Assembly (NCBI GenBank): GCA_052325425.1
Contig: JBKQUY010000045.1
Coordinates: 26,739-90,738 of the forward strand
DNA length: 64,000 nucleotides
Direction: 5' to 3'
Source: Bacteroidia bacterium
Lineage (GTDB): Bacteria > Bacteroidota > Bacteroidia > JABEUT01
A program made the translations under genes and the position numbers. Position 1 is the stretch's first letter, and each line of letters begins with the position of its first letter. A model generated the notes under the pieces. The model had not been told where the DNA came from. It saw only the letters and a list, made by a program, of their open reading frames with translations, and made no database searches. Below are positions 18,640 to 29,100 of the stretch, piece after piece.

Positions 18640-18828
18640 GGTGTGTACATTAAGGTGCGGTCTTGTGGTACGGAAACCACCGATTTCCACCCTGTTTTCC
18701 CAAATTTCCCCTTGATTGCATTGATATTGCCATCATAATATGATATTGAAAATCCTTGTGTCGCTGGTTCAATTCCAACTGGTGCCACGGCAGAAAATAA
18801 AATCCCGCAACATTGCGGGATTTTTTTT
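18640..18828 (+). repeat. att-like unit 4: arm-type repeats + tRNA-Phe 3' half + hairpin terminator
   Basis: GGTGTGTAC (18640-18648), GGTGCGG (18654-18660) and GTGGTACGG (18665-18673). ATGATATTGAAAATCCTTGTGTCGCTGGTTCAATTCCAACTGGTGCCA (18740-18787). ATCCCGCAACATTGCGGGAT plus T-run (18802-18828). Confidence 0.75.
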
Positions 18829-18860
18829 ATTTCATAAGTTTGTCTGCGAAAGTCCTAAGG

Positions 18861-19775
18861 ATGAAAAAAATCGCCTTCATCATTCATGGTGAAATAAGAA
18901 ATAAGCAGGATGTAATCCGTCAGATTGAATCAACCTTTCAAGGTAATTATAAACTTTCCTTTTTCATTTCAGAATATTCAGGCCATGCGATTGAACTTTC
19001 TTTCAGAGCCGCGGAAGAAGGCTTCAATTATATAATTTGCCTGGGAGGGGATGGAAGTTTAAACGAAGTTGTGAATGGAGTTATGCAAGCCAGGGAACAG
19101 AATAAAGAGCTTAGTATAAAGGTGGGTGTGCTTCCTTTCGGCACCGGAAACGATTTTATAAAAACAACCAAGAGCCCACATTCTATTTCAGGAATCAAAA
19201 AACTGGTGGACGGGGATTTGTCCAGAGAAATTGATTTGGGACTTGTTCAATTTAAAAATAAAACAGGTTCGGACAGCAGCAGGTACTTTATCAATATCAC
19301 CGACATTGGAATGGGAGGGATTGTGGTGCAAAAGATTGGCAATTATCCCAAGGTATTGGGAGCCAATTTAACTTACCTGGCTGTTATTTTCAATACGCTT
19401 TTGTCATACCGCAATCAGCCAATAAAAGTAACAGCCGATGAATTTACTTTTGAAGGGAAGGTGAAAAATTTTGTTATTGCCAATGGAAAATATTTTGGAA
19501 GTGGAATAGGTATTGCACCTGATGCGGAATTGGATGATGGAAAATTCTCGGTTGTCAGTTTAAACGAAGTTTCTTTAATTGATTTTCTGAAGTTGTCTGC
19601 CACTTTCAAAAAATGCAGGAAAGTTATTCACCCACAGGTTATGTATAAAACAGCCAAAGAAATTACAATTGATTCTATGTCAGCTCCTCAACCTATTGAT
19701 ATGGACGGAGAATTTATCGGATATACTCCCATGAATATAAAAATTCAACCACGAACGATTACTTTTCTCTGTTGA
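18861..19775 (+). CDS. diacylglycerol-kinase-family lipid kinase (YegS/BmrU type)
   Basis: MKKIAFIIHG.., ICLGGDGSLNEVVNG and PFGTGNDF motifs. The track's upstream alternative (non-ATG) start at 18813 lies inside the preceding terminator. Confidence 0.85.
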   Translation: MKKIAFIIHGEIRNKQDVIRQIESTFQGNYKLSFFISEYSGHAIELSFRAAEEGFNYIICLGGDGSLNEVVNGVMQAREQNKELSIKVGVLPFGTGNDFIKTTKSPHSISGIKKLVDGDLSREIDLGLVQFKNKTGSDSSRYFINITDIGMGGIVVQKIGNYPKVLGANLTYLAVIFNTLLSYRNQPIKVTADEFTFEGKVKNFVIANGKYFGSGIGIAPDAELDDGKFSVVSLNEVSLIDFLKLSATFKKCRKVIHPQVMYKTAKEITIDSMSAPQPIDMDGEFIGYTPMNIKIQPRTITFLC

Positions 19776-19947
19776 TTTTAGTGTAAGCTATAGCCTAAGT
19801 ACATATTTTTCAAATCAGTTTTTTTACGTCTTAATGATAATAATAATCTACAGTATGCTTTTTTTAAAGTATCTTTGTTTATATTGGTCTTGATGGTAAC
19901 TCAAAAGTTGATTTACTCCTCTGACAAATCAGCTTAATACTGTTACC

Positions 19948-22290
19948 ATGAAAACTTTTATTAAACAAGTTTCAATTTTATTATTGATTTTTAGTTTTTC
20001 ACTCAGTAAAGCCCAAACAACCATTACAGGGCCTACTGTAAGTGGGCATTGGATTCTTGCGGGTTCACCCTATAATATTCAGAGCTCTGTTTATATTCCC
20101 AACGATTCCACATTAATTATTGACCCAGGAGTAACAGTGAATTTTCAGACAACATTTACTCCTTATATACATGTCTTGGGGCGATTGCTTGCCATAGGTA
20201 CTCCGGCAGACAGCATTTATTTTACTGCTACCGATACTACCAATGGTTCGCATGGTATCAGGTTTTATGGAATCAAAAACACGAATGACACTTCAAAGAT
20301 GGAGTATTGTAAAATCCAATACGGTAAGGCGAGCGGTACTAATTACTATGTTCAGAACGGAGGAGCGCTCTTATTTGATAACTGGTCTAAAGCCATAGTT
20401 TCACATTGCTATATTTCAAACTGTCAGGCATATGCAAGTTCTTCATACGGAGGGGCTATTTGCTGCGATTCGGGAAGCAGCCCAGTACTTACGTACAACA
20501 CCATAACAAAGTGTATTGGCTGGAATGGCGGCGGCGGCATTAGTATCAGTAATAAAAGTAACCCTATCATTTCTTACGACACTATTACCGGGAACACTGC
20601 GTCAAATGGCGGTGGCATTTACATTTCTAATGTCAAAAACTACTCAATCTCTCATAACATTATATTGTATAATCATGCTCTTGATGGCGGCGGAGGTGTT
20701 CAAATGTTTGGGAGCAAAGGTACCATCGCCAATAATACAATTTCATATAATTGGGTATCATATGGCCCTGGGGGTGGAGTTTATGAAGCAGATGGAGATA
20801 CGCTATCCATATTAAACAATACTATATCTTACAATGGGATTAATGGCCAATATACAGAAGGCGGCGGCGGAATTGCTTGTCAATCTACTAATAGAGCTAC
20901 TATTGCGTATAACATTATTTCAAATAATTATGTGGGTTCAACGGCCTCTGGCAGCAATGGAGGTGATGGGGGAGGAATTTACCTGGAACAAGCGCTTGCA
21001 GTTACTATTTCCAATAACAGTATTATAAACAATACTGCTGTTTACACCTCTTCTTATGGTAACGGAGGCGCTATTTATTGCAACAATACCAGCCCTTTAC
21101 TTATAAATAACACTGTTGCCAATAATTGGGCCTATGAAGGCGGAGCTTTATATTGCGACCTTAGTTCTAATCCTGTTTCCAGCAATTGTATTTATTGGGG
21201 AGATACAGCCACAGCCAGCGGAAATGAACTATTTCAAAACGATGCCCCAAGCACCCCCGGCTTTTATTATTGCAATGTAAAGGGTGGGGAGGCTGCCTTT
21301 GGGCTAAATGGGAATTTTTATAATGGCCTTTATAGTAACAGTATAAATTCAAACCCAAAATTTGTCGCACCTTCAGGGGGTGCTGGTTCGGGCTTTGATG
21401 GTACTGCGGCCCAATGGGGCTTGCAAACAGGCTCATCTTGTATTGATGCCGGAGACCCTTTAGCTCCTTCAGCACCAACCTATACATATCCTTCTCAAGA
21501 TTTGGCTGGTAATCCGCGCATTGTAATTTGCCGTATAGATATTGGCGCTTATGAAAACCAATATGGCATTTCAGCGCCTTTAAATGTAAGTATTTCGGGT
21601 TCTACCTCTGTTTGTCTTCATGATTCAGTAACTCTGACAGCAAATGGTGCAACCACATATACCTGGAGCCCTTTAACAGGGTTAAGTTCAACAAATATTG
21701 CAAGTCCGCTTGCCAGCCCTACTTCAACAACAACATTTACTGTAATAGGAACTTCGGGTATTTGCGAAGGCATCGATACTGTCAGGCTTACTGTTAACCC
21801 GCTTCCTTCTATAGCAATTAACGGCGACAGCAGCATTACAACCGGAAGCAGGGACACCTTGACCGCCAGCGGAGGCATAAGTTATGTTTGGACAAGCGGA
21901 AGCACAAACGATACAACTATCATAAAGCCATTGGTTACTAAAACCTATACGGTAACGGGAACAAGCAGCAATGGTTGTAGCGATACTGCCAGTTTTACAG
22001 TAACAGTAAACCCAACAGGAATAGGCAGTATAACCAATTCAAATTTCACATCATTATATCCAAACCCAACAAACAATTACATAAACCTGTCAGTTGAAAT
22101 GCAAGGAACAGGTAAATCAGCTATTGTAGAAATATTGGATGCATGTGGCAAAGCAGTGATGAGTGAAAATACTACAATTGGAAATGGCGAAATTGTATCA
22201 TTGGATGTTAGCTTACTTGCACAAGGAATATATTTTATCAAAGTAACAATCAATAAAGATTCACGGGTTTTGAAGTTTATTAAACAATAG
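19948..22290 (+). CDS. right-handed parallel beta-helix repeat protein with Ig-like repeats and T9SS C-terminal domain
   Basis: Signal peptide. Many NGGGIY.SN / ..I..N.. beta-helix-type repeats. C-terminus SLYPNPTNNYINL..GIYFIKVTINKDSRVLKFIKQ. Confidence 0.8.
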   Translation: MKTFIKQVSILLLIFSFSLSKAQTTITGPTVSGHWILAGSPYNIQSSVYIPNDSTLIIDPGVTVNFQTTFTPYIHVLGRLLAIGTPADSIYFTATDTTNGSHGIRFYGIKNTNDTSKMEYCKIQYGKASGTNYYVQNGGALLFDNWSKAIVSHCYISNCQAYASSSYGGAICCDSGSSPVLTYNTITKCIGWNGGGGISISNKSNPIISYDTITGNTASNGGGIYISNVKNYSISHNIILYNHALDGGGGVQMFGSKGTIANNTISYNWVSYGPGGGVYEADGDTLSILNNTISYNGINGQYTEGGGGIACQSTNRATIAYNIISNNYVGSTASGSNGGDGGGIYLEQALAVTISNNSIINNTAVYTSSYGNGGAIYCNNTSPLLINNTVANNWAYEGGALYCDLSSNPVSSNCIYWGDTATASGNELFQNDAPSTPGFYYCNVKGGEAAFGLNGNFYNGLYSNSINSNPKFVAPSGGAGSGFDGTAAQWGLQTGSSCIDAGDPLAPSAPTYTYPSQDLAGNPRIVICRIDIGAYENQYGISAPLNVSISGSTSVCLHDSVTLTANGATTYTWSPLTGLSSTNIASPLASPTSTTTFTVIGTSGICEGIDTVRLTVNPLPSIAINGDSSITTGSRDTLTASGGISYVWTSGSTNDTTIIKPLVTKTYTVTGTSSNGCSDTASFTVTVNPTGIGSITNSNFTSLYPNPTNNYINLSVEMQGTGKSAIVEILDACGKAVMSENTTIGNGEIVSLDVSLLAQGIYFIKVTINKDSRVLKFIKQ

Positions 22291-22310
22291 TATAATAAAT
22301 TTAAAAAAAG

Positions 22311-22337
22311 AGCCCCTTAGTATTGCAAGGCTTTTTT
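22311..22337. terminator. hairpin + T-run between convergent genes
   Basis: AGCCCCTTAGTATTGCAAGGCTTTTTT. The stem is imperfect. Confidence 0.4.
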
Positions 22338-22350
22338 AAATTTGAAATAA

Positions 22351-22734
22351 TCACCTCACCGATGAAGGCTCAGCTCTTTTGGCGGCATGAGCTTCTTCCA
22401 GTTCCTGGTACTTTATATACTGGTATTCATTCAGGACTGTTTTTATCCTGGCATCCCTTTCAGCTCTTATCGGCTCCATCTTGATTCTCAATGCCTCATT
22501 ATCTCCGTTGTAATTATTACGGGCATTTTCCATGGCCAGTATCGCTTCCTGTTCAATGGCAAATATTTTGCTTGCCTGCTCTGAGGTAATTCCGTCAATG
22601 TTATTCTTGATATTCAGCGTTTGAATCATGGCAATTTTCATAAAATTAACATTTGAATTTTCTTGCGCAGAAAGATGGGCCGTAATAAAAGCCAGTCCTG
22701 TCACCATCAATAATTTAAAGATTTTCATAATCAA
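22351..22734 (-). CDS. small periplasmic/secreted hypothetical protein
   Basis: 127-aa ORF with signal peptide (LAFITAHLSAQ). The mature part is helical and charged. Confidence 0.55.
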   Translation of the reverse strand: MIMKIFKLLMVTGLAFITAHLSAQENSNVNFMKIAMIQTLNIKNNIDGITSEQASKIFAIEQEAILAMENARNNYNGDNEALRIKMEPIRAERDARIKTVLNEYQYIKYQELEEAHAAKRAEPSSVR

Positions 22735-23190
22735 AATTTTTAAATTGGTTAATTTTTACGAGTAGCAAATTAAGCAAAGTTATGGCCATTTGTCAAGCAT
22801 AAATGTCAATTTTTTGAATTGATATTAAGAATATATTGTTCATATCGGGGCCGTGAAATTAGCCGGAGTCAAATATTAATCACAAAAAACCTATTGATTA
22901 TGAAAAACAATAAGGTTTTTGTCTAAATATTATGTAACGAAACCTTATATTAAGCGTATAATTATTATATCTACAGGGAATTCAGTAAAGCGATATACTA
23001 ATTTTTGAGGTTTTTTTAACTTTTTTATTGCAGAGAGTTTTGATGCCTTATAAAATAAAGTATCATGACTGCATACTTATATAATAGGCAATTTAAAAAC
23101 CAATTATACACTTTTTTTGAAGAAAGTGATGTACATCAATGGTTTTTAATTAAAAATACCAGTATTTTACGCATTAAGCGATATTTGAGT

Positions 23191-26100
23191 ATGAGGAGGA
23201 TTCTGTTTTGTTTCTGCCTCTGTCTTATGGCTTCTACAGGAGCTATGGCAAACGTAGTTACAGCAAAGGCCAGCGGCAATTGGAATGATGCAAATACCTG
23301 GACAGGTGGCATACCTACCAATGCCAGCACTGTTACTGTTGCAGGTGGTTATACTGTAACTGTCGATGCATCTGCGGCGGCCATTTGCAATACACTTACC
23401 ATTGGCACTGCTGCCGCTGCAACGGGAACAGTTCTTATGGGAGAATCAGGTGACGCCACCCCCTCATTCAATGGTCCCGGTAAATTGACAATTACAGGCA
23501 CTATGTCAATTCTTGCCTTAGGAACTCTGGAGGCAAACCCTGCCGTATCAGGAACAAGTACCTTAAGCGTAGCCGGCACTGTTACTTACAGTACCACAGG
23601 AGTTATAGACATGGCTCCCAATGCCACTAGTTTGTGCAATGTAACTATTGATGCAGCCGCCAATTCCAATTTATTTTCCGGAACGGGAACCACAGCAATA
23701 ACCTTGAACAACCTTACAATTAGTAATACCGGGGCTGCGGGCAATAACACGGTAACATTAGGCACTTCAAACGTTACTATCGCTTCCAATCTTACAGTTT
23801 CCAATGGCATATTTGCGCTTGCAGCCAGAACATTGACCTTGAGTACGGGTAACGCCACTATCAGCAGTGGCACAACATTATCTGTAACAACAGGCAGTTT
23901 AACATTGACCGATGGTAACGTAACTAATAGCGGAACAATTAATTTAACCGGTACCGGCGGAGTGACAATGAATGGTGCAAGCGCAACATTTACCAATAAT
24001 AGTACCGGCACAATAACGGTTTCTACAACCGGCGGATTAACGCTGAATGGCTCCAGCAGTTATGTAAGCAACAGTGGTTCAATAACTTATGATGCCGCCG
24101 GCAAATTAACTGCCGGAGGACTAATCAACAGTGGCACCATAACCTGCGGTACCGCTTCGCCAACAATTTCCGGAGCTGTCAGCAATTCGGGCACCATATC
24201 AATTTCTACAGGAACATTTACATTATCGGGCAGTAGCGGCAATTTAACTATTACCGGAACTGGAACATTATCATTTTCAGGTGCAGGTGCGCTTGATATT
24301 GCCGGTAACTTCATCAACGATGGCTTATTTACAGAAAACACAAGCACGGTGACTTTTAACGGCTCTGCAAACCAGTCTATCAGCGGAACAAGCGCTATTA
24401 CTTTTTATAGCCTTACCATTAACAATAGTTCAAACAGCAATACGGTATCGCTGGGAAGTAATGCGGGCAACAGCATAACAGTATCAGAGGTGTTAACCCT
24501 TACAAAAGGCATTTTTGACGTGGGTTCAAATACACTGAATGTTCAAACTACCTTTACCGATGATAATACTATTGCCGGGTCATTTAATGCGGAAACCCAG
24601 ACAGTTAACATGTCGGGCGCCACTATTAACGGAACAAATACAAACGCCTTAACATTTTATAACCTGAATTGTAATCCCGGTACCGGCAATACACTTACTG
24701 TCCAGAATAATCCCGTATCACCGGCAGCCGCATTAATAATAAGCAACAACCTTATCATAAGCAGCGGCACTTTTGCTATTGTGGCAAAGTATGTTGAAGT
24801 AGAGGGGGATTTTACCAATAATGCCGCGTTTACCGCGACTACAGGCACTATAGATATGAATGGCACTTCGAGCCAGACCATTGGCGGCACTGCGGCTACC
24901 ACAACTTTTGGCAGCCTCGACATAGAAAACACTGGCTCTTCGGGCAATAATGTGGTCTTTTTGGCCCAGGGAATGGCGATAACCATAAATCATAATGTTG
25001 ATATAACAAACGGAGTGCTGAATTGTCAGACCACATCCGTAACCGGTAATGCAACTGGAACATTCCAAATGTCAAGCGGAACATTTTTAATTCTGGGATT
25101 GCAGAATAATGCTACCACTGTTTCTTTTCCATCGGCATTTACTGCCGCTAATACTACCCTTTCAGCAGGAAGTACAGTAGTTTACCAGGCCGATGCCGCA
25201 TCACAAATAATATCCGTCACCCAAACCTATGCTAACCTGTGTTTATATACCGGTTCAACTGCGAGTACAATAACTTTATCGGGAACACCGCTGACTGTAG
25301 CGGGCAGTTTAGATATCGGCGACAGTACATCCGGCGGTGTAACACTCAGTGCAGGAACAAATACTATCAAGCTAACCGGCGCAGGAACCTCTTATAACTG
25401 CCTTATAAATTCTGATGGTAATATAACCTTCAGTGGCGCCGGCACATTAGATATTGCTGATAATTTTATCAATAACAGCACACTCGCTGACGCCGGATTT
25501 TCCGCTAATACCTCAACTGTAGATTTTGACGGTACAACCGCACAAAGCCTGGGAGGCTCTACGGCCACCACATTTGATAATTTAACCATTGATAATACAA
25601 ATGCTTCCGGGGTAACTTTAGGTAAAGCCATAACGGTATCGGCTACATTGCTTCTTTCAAATTCTGCCGGCCATCTCGATGTAGGAGCAAACAATTCTGT
25701 AACAGTTGACGGTACCTTCGACAATGCCAATACTACGGCAGGAGCTGCATCATTCAATGCCGAAAACGGGACAGTAACCTTTGGTACCGGGGCCACGGCA
25801 ATCAGCGGAGCTGAGGCTACTACATTTTACAATGTGAATATAGATGTTGCCGCTATCGGAACAGTTTCGGTTACTTCAACAGCAGCGGCGCCGACTGAAA
25901 TAATAAGTAACGCGCTCACCCTGACGAGCGGCACTTTTGCAATTGCAGCAAAGACAATTGATTTGGGAGGTAATCTTACCAATAATGCTACTGCAACTTC
26001 TTTCAGCGCCACTACAGGCACTTTAGTAATGGATGGCTCCGGCGCCGCAACACAAATCATCGGAGGCAGCGCCGCCTCTACCGCATTTTATAACCTTATC

Positions 26101-29100
26101 ATAGACCCTGTATCGAATGGCACCGTGCAATTGGGAATGCCAATAACAGTGAATGGTTTGCTCACCCTTGATGCTACTGCCACATTGGATGTTTCAGTAA
26201 ATGATTACGGGATTACCTGCATAAAAGGATGGACCAATAACGGGGGGACATTTAACGGAAGAAAAGGCATAGTGCTTTTTGACGGCGCCCAGACATTAGG
26301 AGGCACTGCCTCAACTACATTTAACGATGTAAATATTGAGAATGGATTACTTACTATAAGCACTGCTCCTACCATACAGGATACTCTGCAATTATTAAAA
26401 GTCACCTCCGCCGGAACCTTTAACAATTCGGTACAGGTAACAATCGGCAACGCGTTTTTAAATAACTCAAGTACAGCATTTGCTGATGCAGGCGCCGGAA
26501 TTATAGAATTTACTGGCAATTCATTTTCCTCAAATTACATTGGCGGGTCATCGGGAGGAACAGCCGCAGCCATTACGCTTAAAAGCCTGACTGTTGACCT
26601 TGCCCATCAAACCGATGTATTGTACCTGGATAATGAAGGGATAACGGTAAAAACTGCTCTTGCAATAGACGAGGGAATATTGCATTGCCAGAAATATAAT
26701 ATTACCGGCAATGCCGCGGGCACATTTAAAATGTCTGCTGGCACTGAATTGGTGCTGGGTATGCAAACCGACCCCACAGTTGTGGCTTTCCCATCTGCTT
26801 ATACTGCCGCAAATATAACGCTGACTGCTGGCAGCACAGTCATTTACCAGACAGACGGAGGAGCCCAGGTCATTTCACTCGTCCCGACAGCTTACGCTAA
26901 TTTGTATTTGTATTCAGGCTCAACTGCCGGTACAAAAACCATAGCCGGAAATCTGACTGTTGACGGCAACTTAACTGTTGGTGACAGCACTTCGGGTGGT
27001 GTAACCTTGACAGCAGTGGCCCATACGGTTACCGTTGGGGGAAATGTGCTTACAAATTCGGATGGTACTATATCTTTTAGTACAGGAACTTTTACCATCA
27101 CAGGAAATTTAACCAATAACGGAACCGATTCATACACAGGAACCGGAGCATTTGGCATACAGGGCAATTTTACCAATAACGGAACATTTACTCCTGTAAC
27201 GACTGTCGCGACTTTTAATGGCACTTCAACTCAAACTATTGGTGGCACTTCAACTACATCATTTTATGGCCTTACCATCAGTGGAACCGATGTCATACTT
27301 GCACATAATGAAATTGTCACGCAAAATGTATCTATTACCTCTGGTACATTTGATGGTGGTACCGGAGCGTATACGTTGAGTGTTGAAGGAAATTTTTCTG
27401 ACGGAGCAACCTTTACGGGCGATAATGGCACTGTTATTATGGATGGTTCCGCAGCTCAGAGCATCGGAGGTACAGAAACTTCAAACTTTTATAATCTTAC
27501 TATTAATCCAAGTGTGGGTGTAACAGTATCCGCCGGCATTTCAGAAAACGTAAGTAATAATTTACAGGTAAGCACCGGAATAATGGCAAATACAACATAT
27601 ACCTTGACGGTAGGCGGTGGTGTAACTATTGATAATGCGAGCACCTTATCATTTTCGACCGGCGCATTAAAAGTCGGCGGAAATTTTTCCAATAGCGGCA
27701 CCTTTACTGCCGGCACTTCTACCACAACATTCAACGGCACAGCAACTCAAACTATCAGTGGTTCTTCTGTCACATCATTTAATAATGTCAATATCAGCGG
27801 TACCGATGTGGTGCTTGGAGCCAGTGAAGCTGCCAATGCAACAGCTACCGCTTTTCTTTCAGTCAACACCGGCATATTTGACCTGGGTGCAGGCGGATAT
27901 ACAATGAGTGTTGCGGGCAACTTTACCAACAGTGCAACTTTTAACGGAGAAAACGGCACGTTGGGTATTGGGGGGAATTTTTCCAATGGCGGCACATTTA
28001 ACGAAGGCACTGGCACAGTAAAGATGAATGGCACAAGTGCTCAGTCAATCGGTGGTGGAACAGCCGTTACTTTTTATAACCTTACTATTGCCAGTACCAA
28101 TACCGTCACTCTTAGTACAAGCGAAAGTTTTTCCAATATTTTGACTATGAACAGCGGGACATTGGCTGCCAGCGGTTCAAACACCATGACACTTCTCTCC
28201 AATGCAAGCGCGACAGCCTGCGTTGGGACAATTACAGGCGGAACGATAACTGCCAATTTTATTGTACAGCGTTATTTGCCACGCACTATGGCTGCTTACA
28301 TGTCTCTGTCTTCTCCTGTATATTCTCCTGCGGAAACAGGCACTACATCAATATCAGGCTCTAACTGGACATATTATTATGGTTCGCTGGCGGATTGGAA
28401 TATTAATAACAGAACCAGTACAGATGCCACCTTTTACATGAGCGGTGTTCATGGACCTGACGGAAATGCAGGTTCCTATACTTCTGTTTATAATTATACA
28501 CCACCCAGTACTTATACTGCCATCTCCGCCAACTTCTCCAGCCCAAGCGCAGCAAACGACTATGTAATTCCCCAGGGCGGAGCTGTATATTTATGGATTG
28601 GATACAGTTTGAGTAAAATGGCACCGTATTCCTATATTACCCATGGTGTACCCGTGCAGGGTACAATAGCCGCCGGTTCAGGTTTTGTAGGCAATCCGTA
28701 CCCGTCTTCCATTAACTGGGCAACGTTTTCTGCACATAACGGCTTAGCATCATATCAGGTTTATACTTCAGGAGGTAGCTGGACCTCATCAACCTCTAAT
28801 ATTGCGATGGGACAAGGTTTCGAGGTTTCGGGCGCTGTTTCATTTTTAGAAACCGATAAAGTTGTTACCGCTGCAACCCTCGATGCACCCGATGATGCTG
28901 CACCGCTTCAGGGTAATAACATTGTAACCTTTACACTATATAATGATGCCAATGAATATTGGACTCCAGCTATTGTATCTTTTGGTAAGAATTATAGCAC
29001 AAGCTATAACCAGAAGGAAGACGACGCATTATTTTTAAGCAGCTTATTACCCGATGTTCCGCCACTCTATACTGTCAGTGAAGATAATAAAAACCTTGAG

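Noticed and set aside
23136-28624. About 20 antisense or alternative-frame ORFs (60-141 aa) inside the giant 23191..29631 gene. Similar sets occur inside 9227..11716, 19948..22290, 29653..32046 and 34696..37473.
   Set aside because: They are by-products of low-complexity, repeat-rich coding sequence with few stops on the opposite strand (P/V/A/L-rich translations). They have no starts with plausible context and no motifs.
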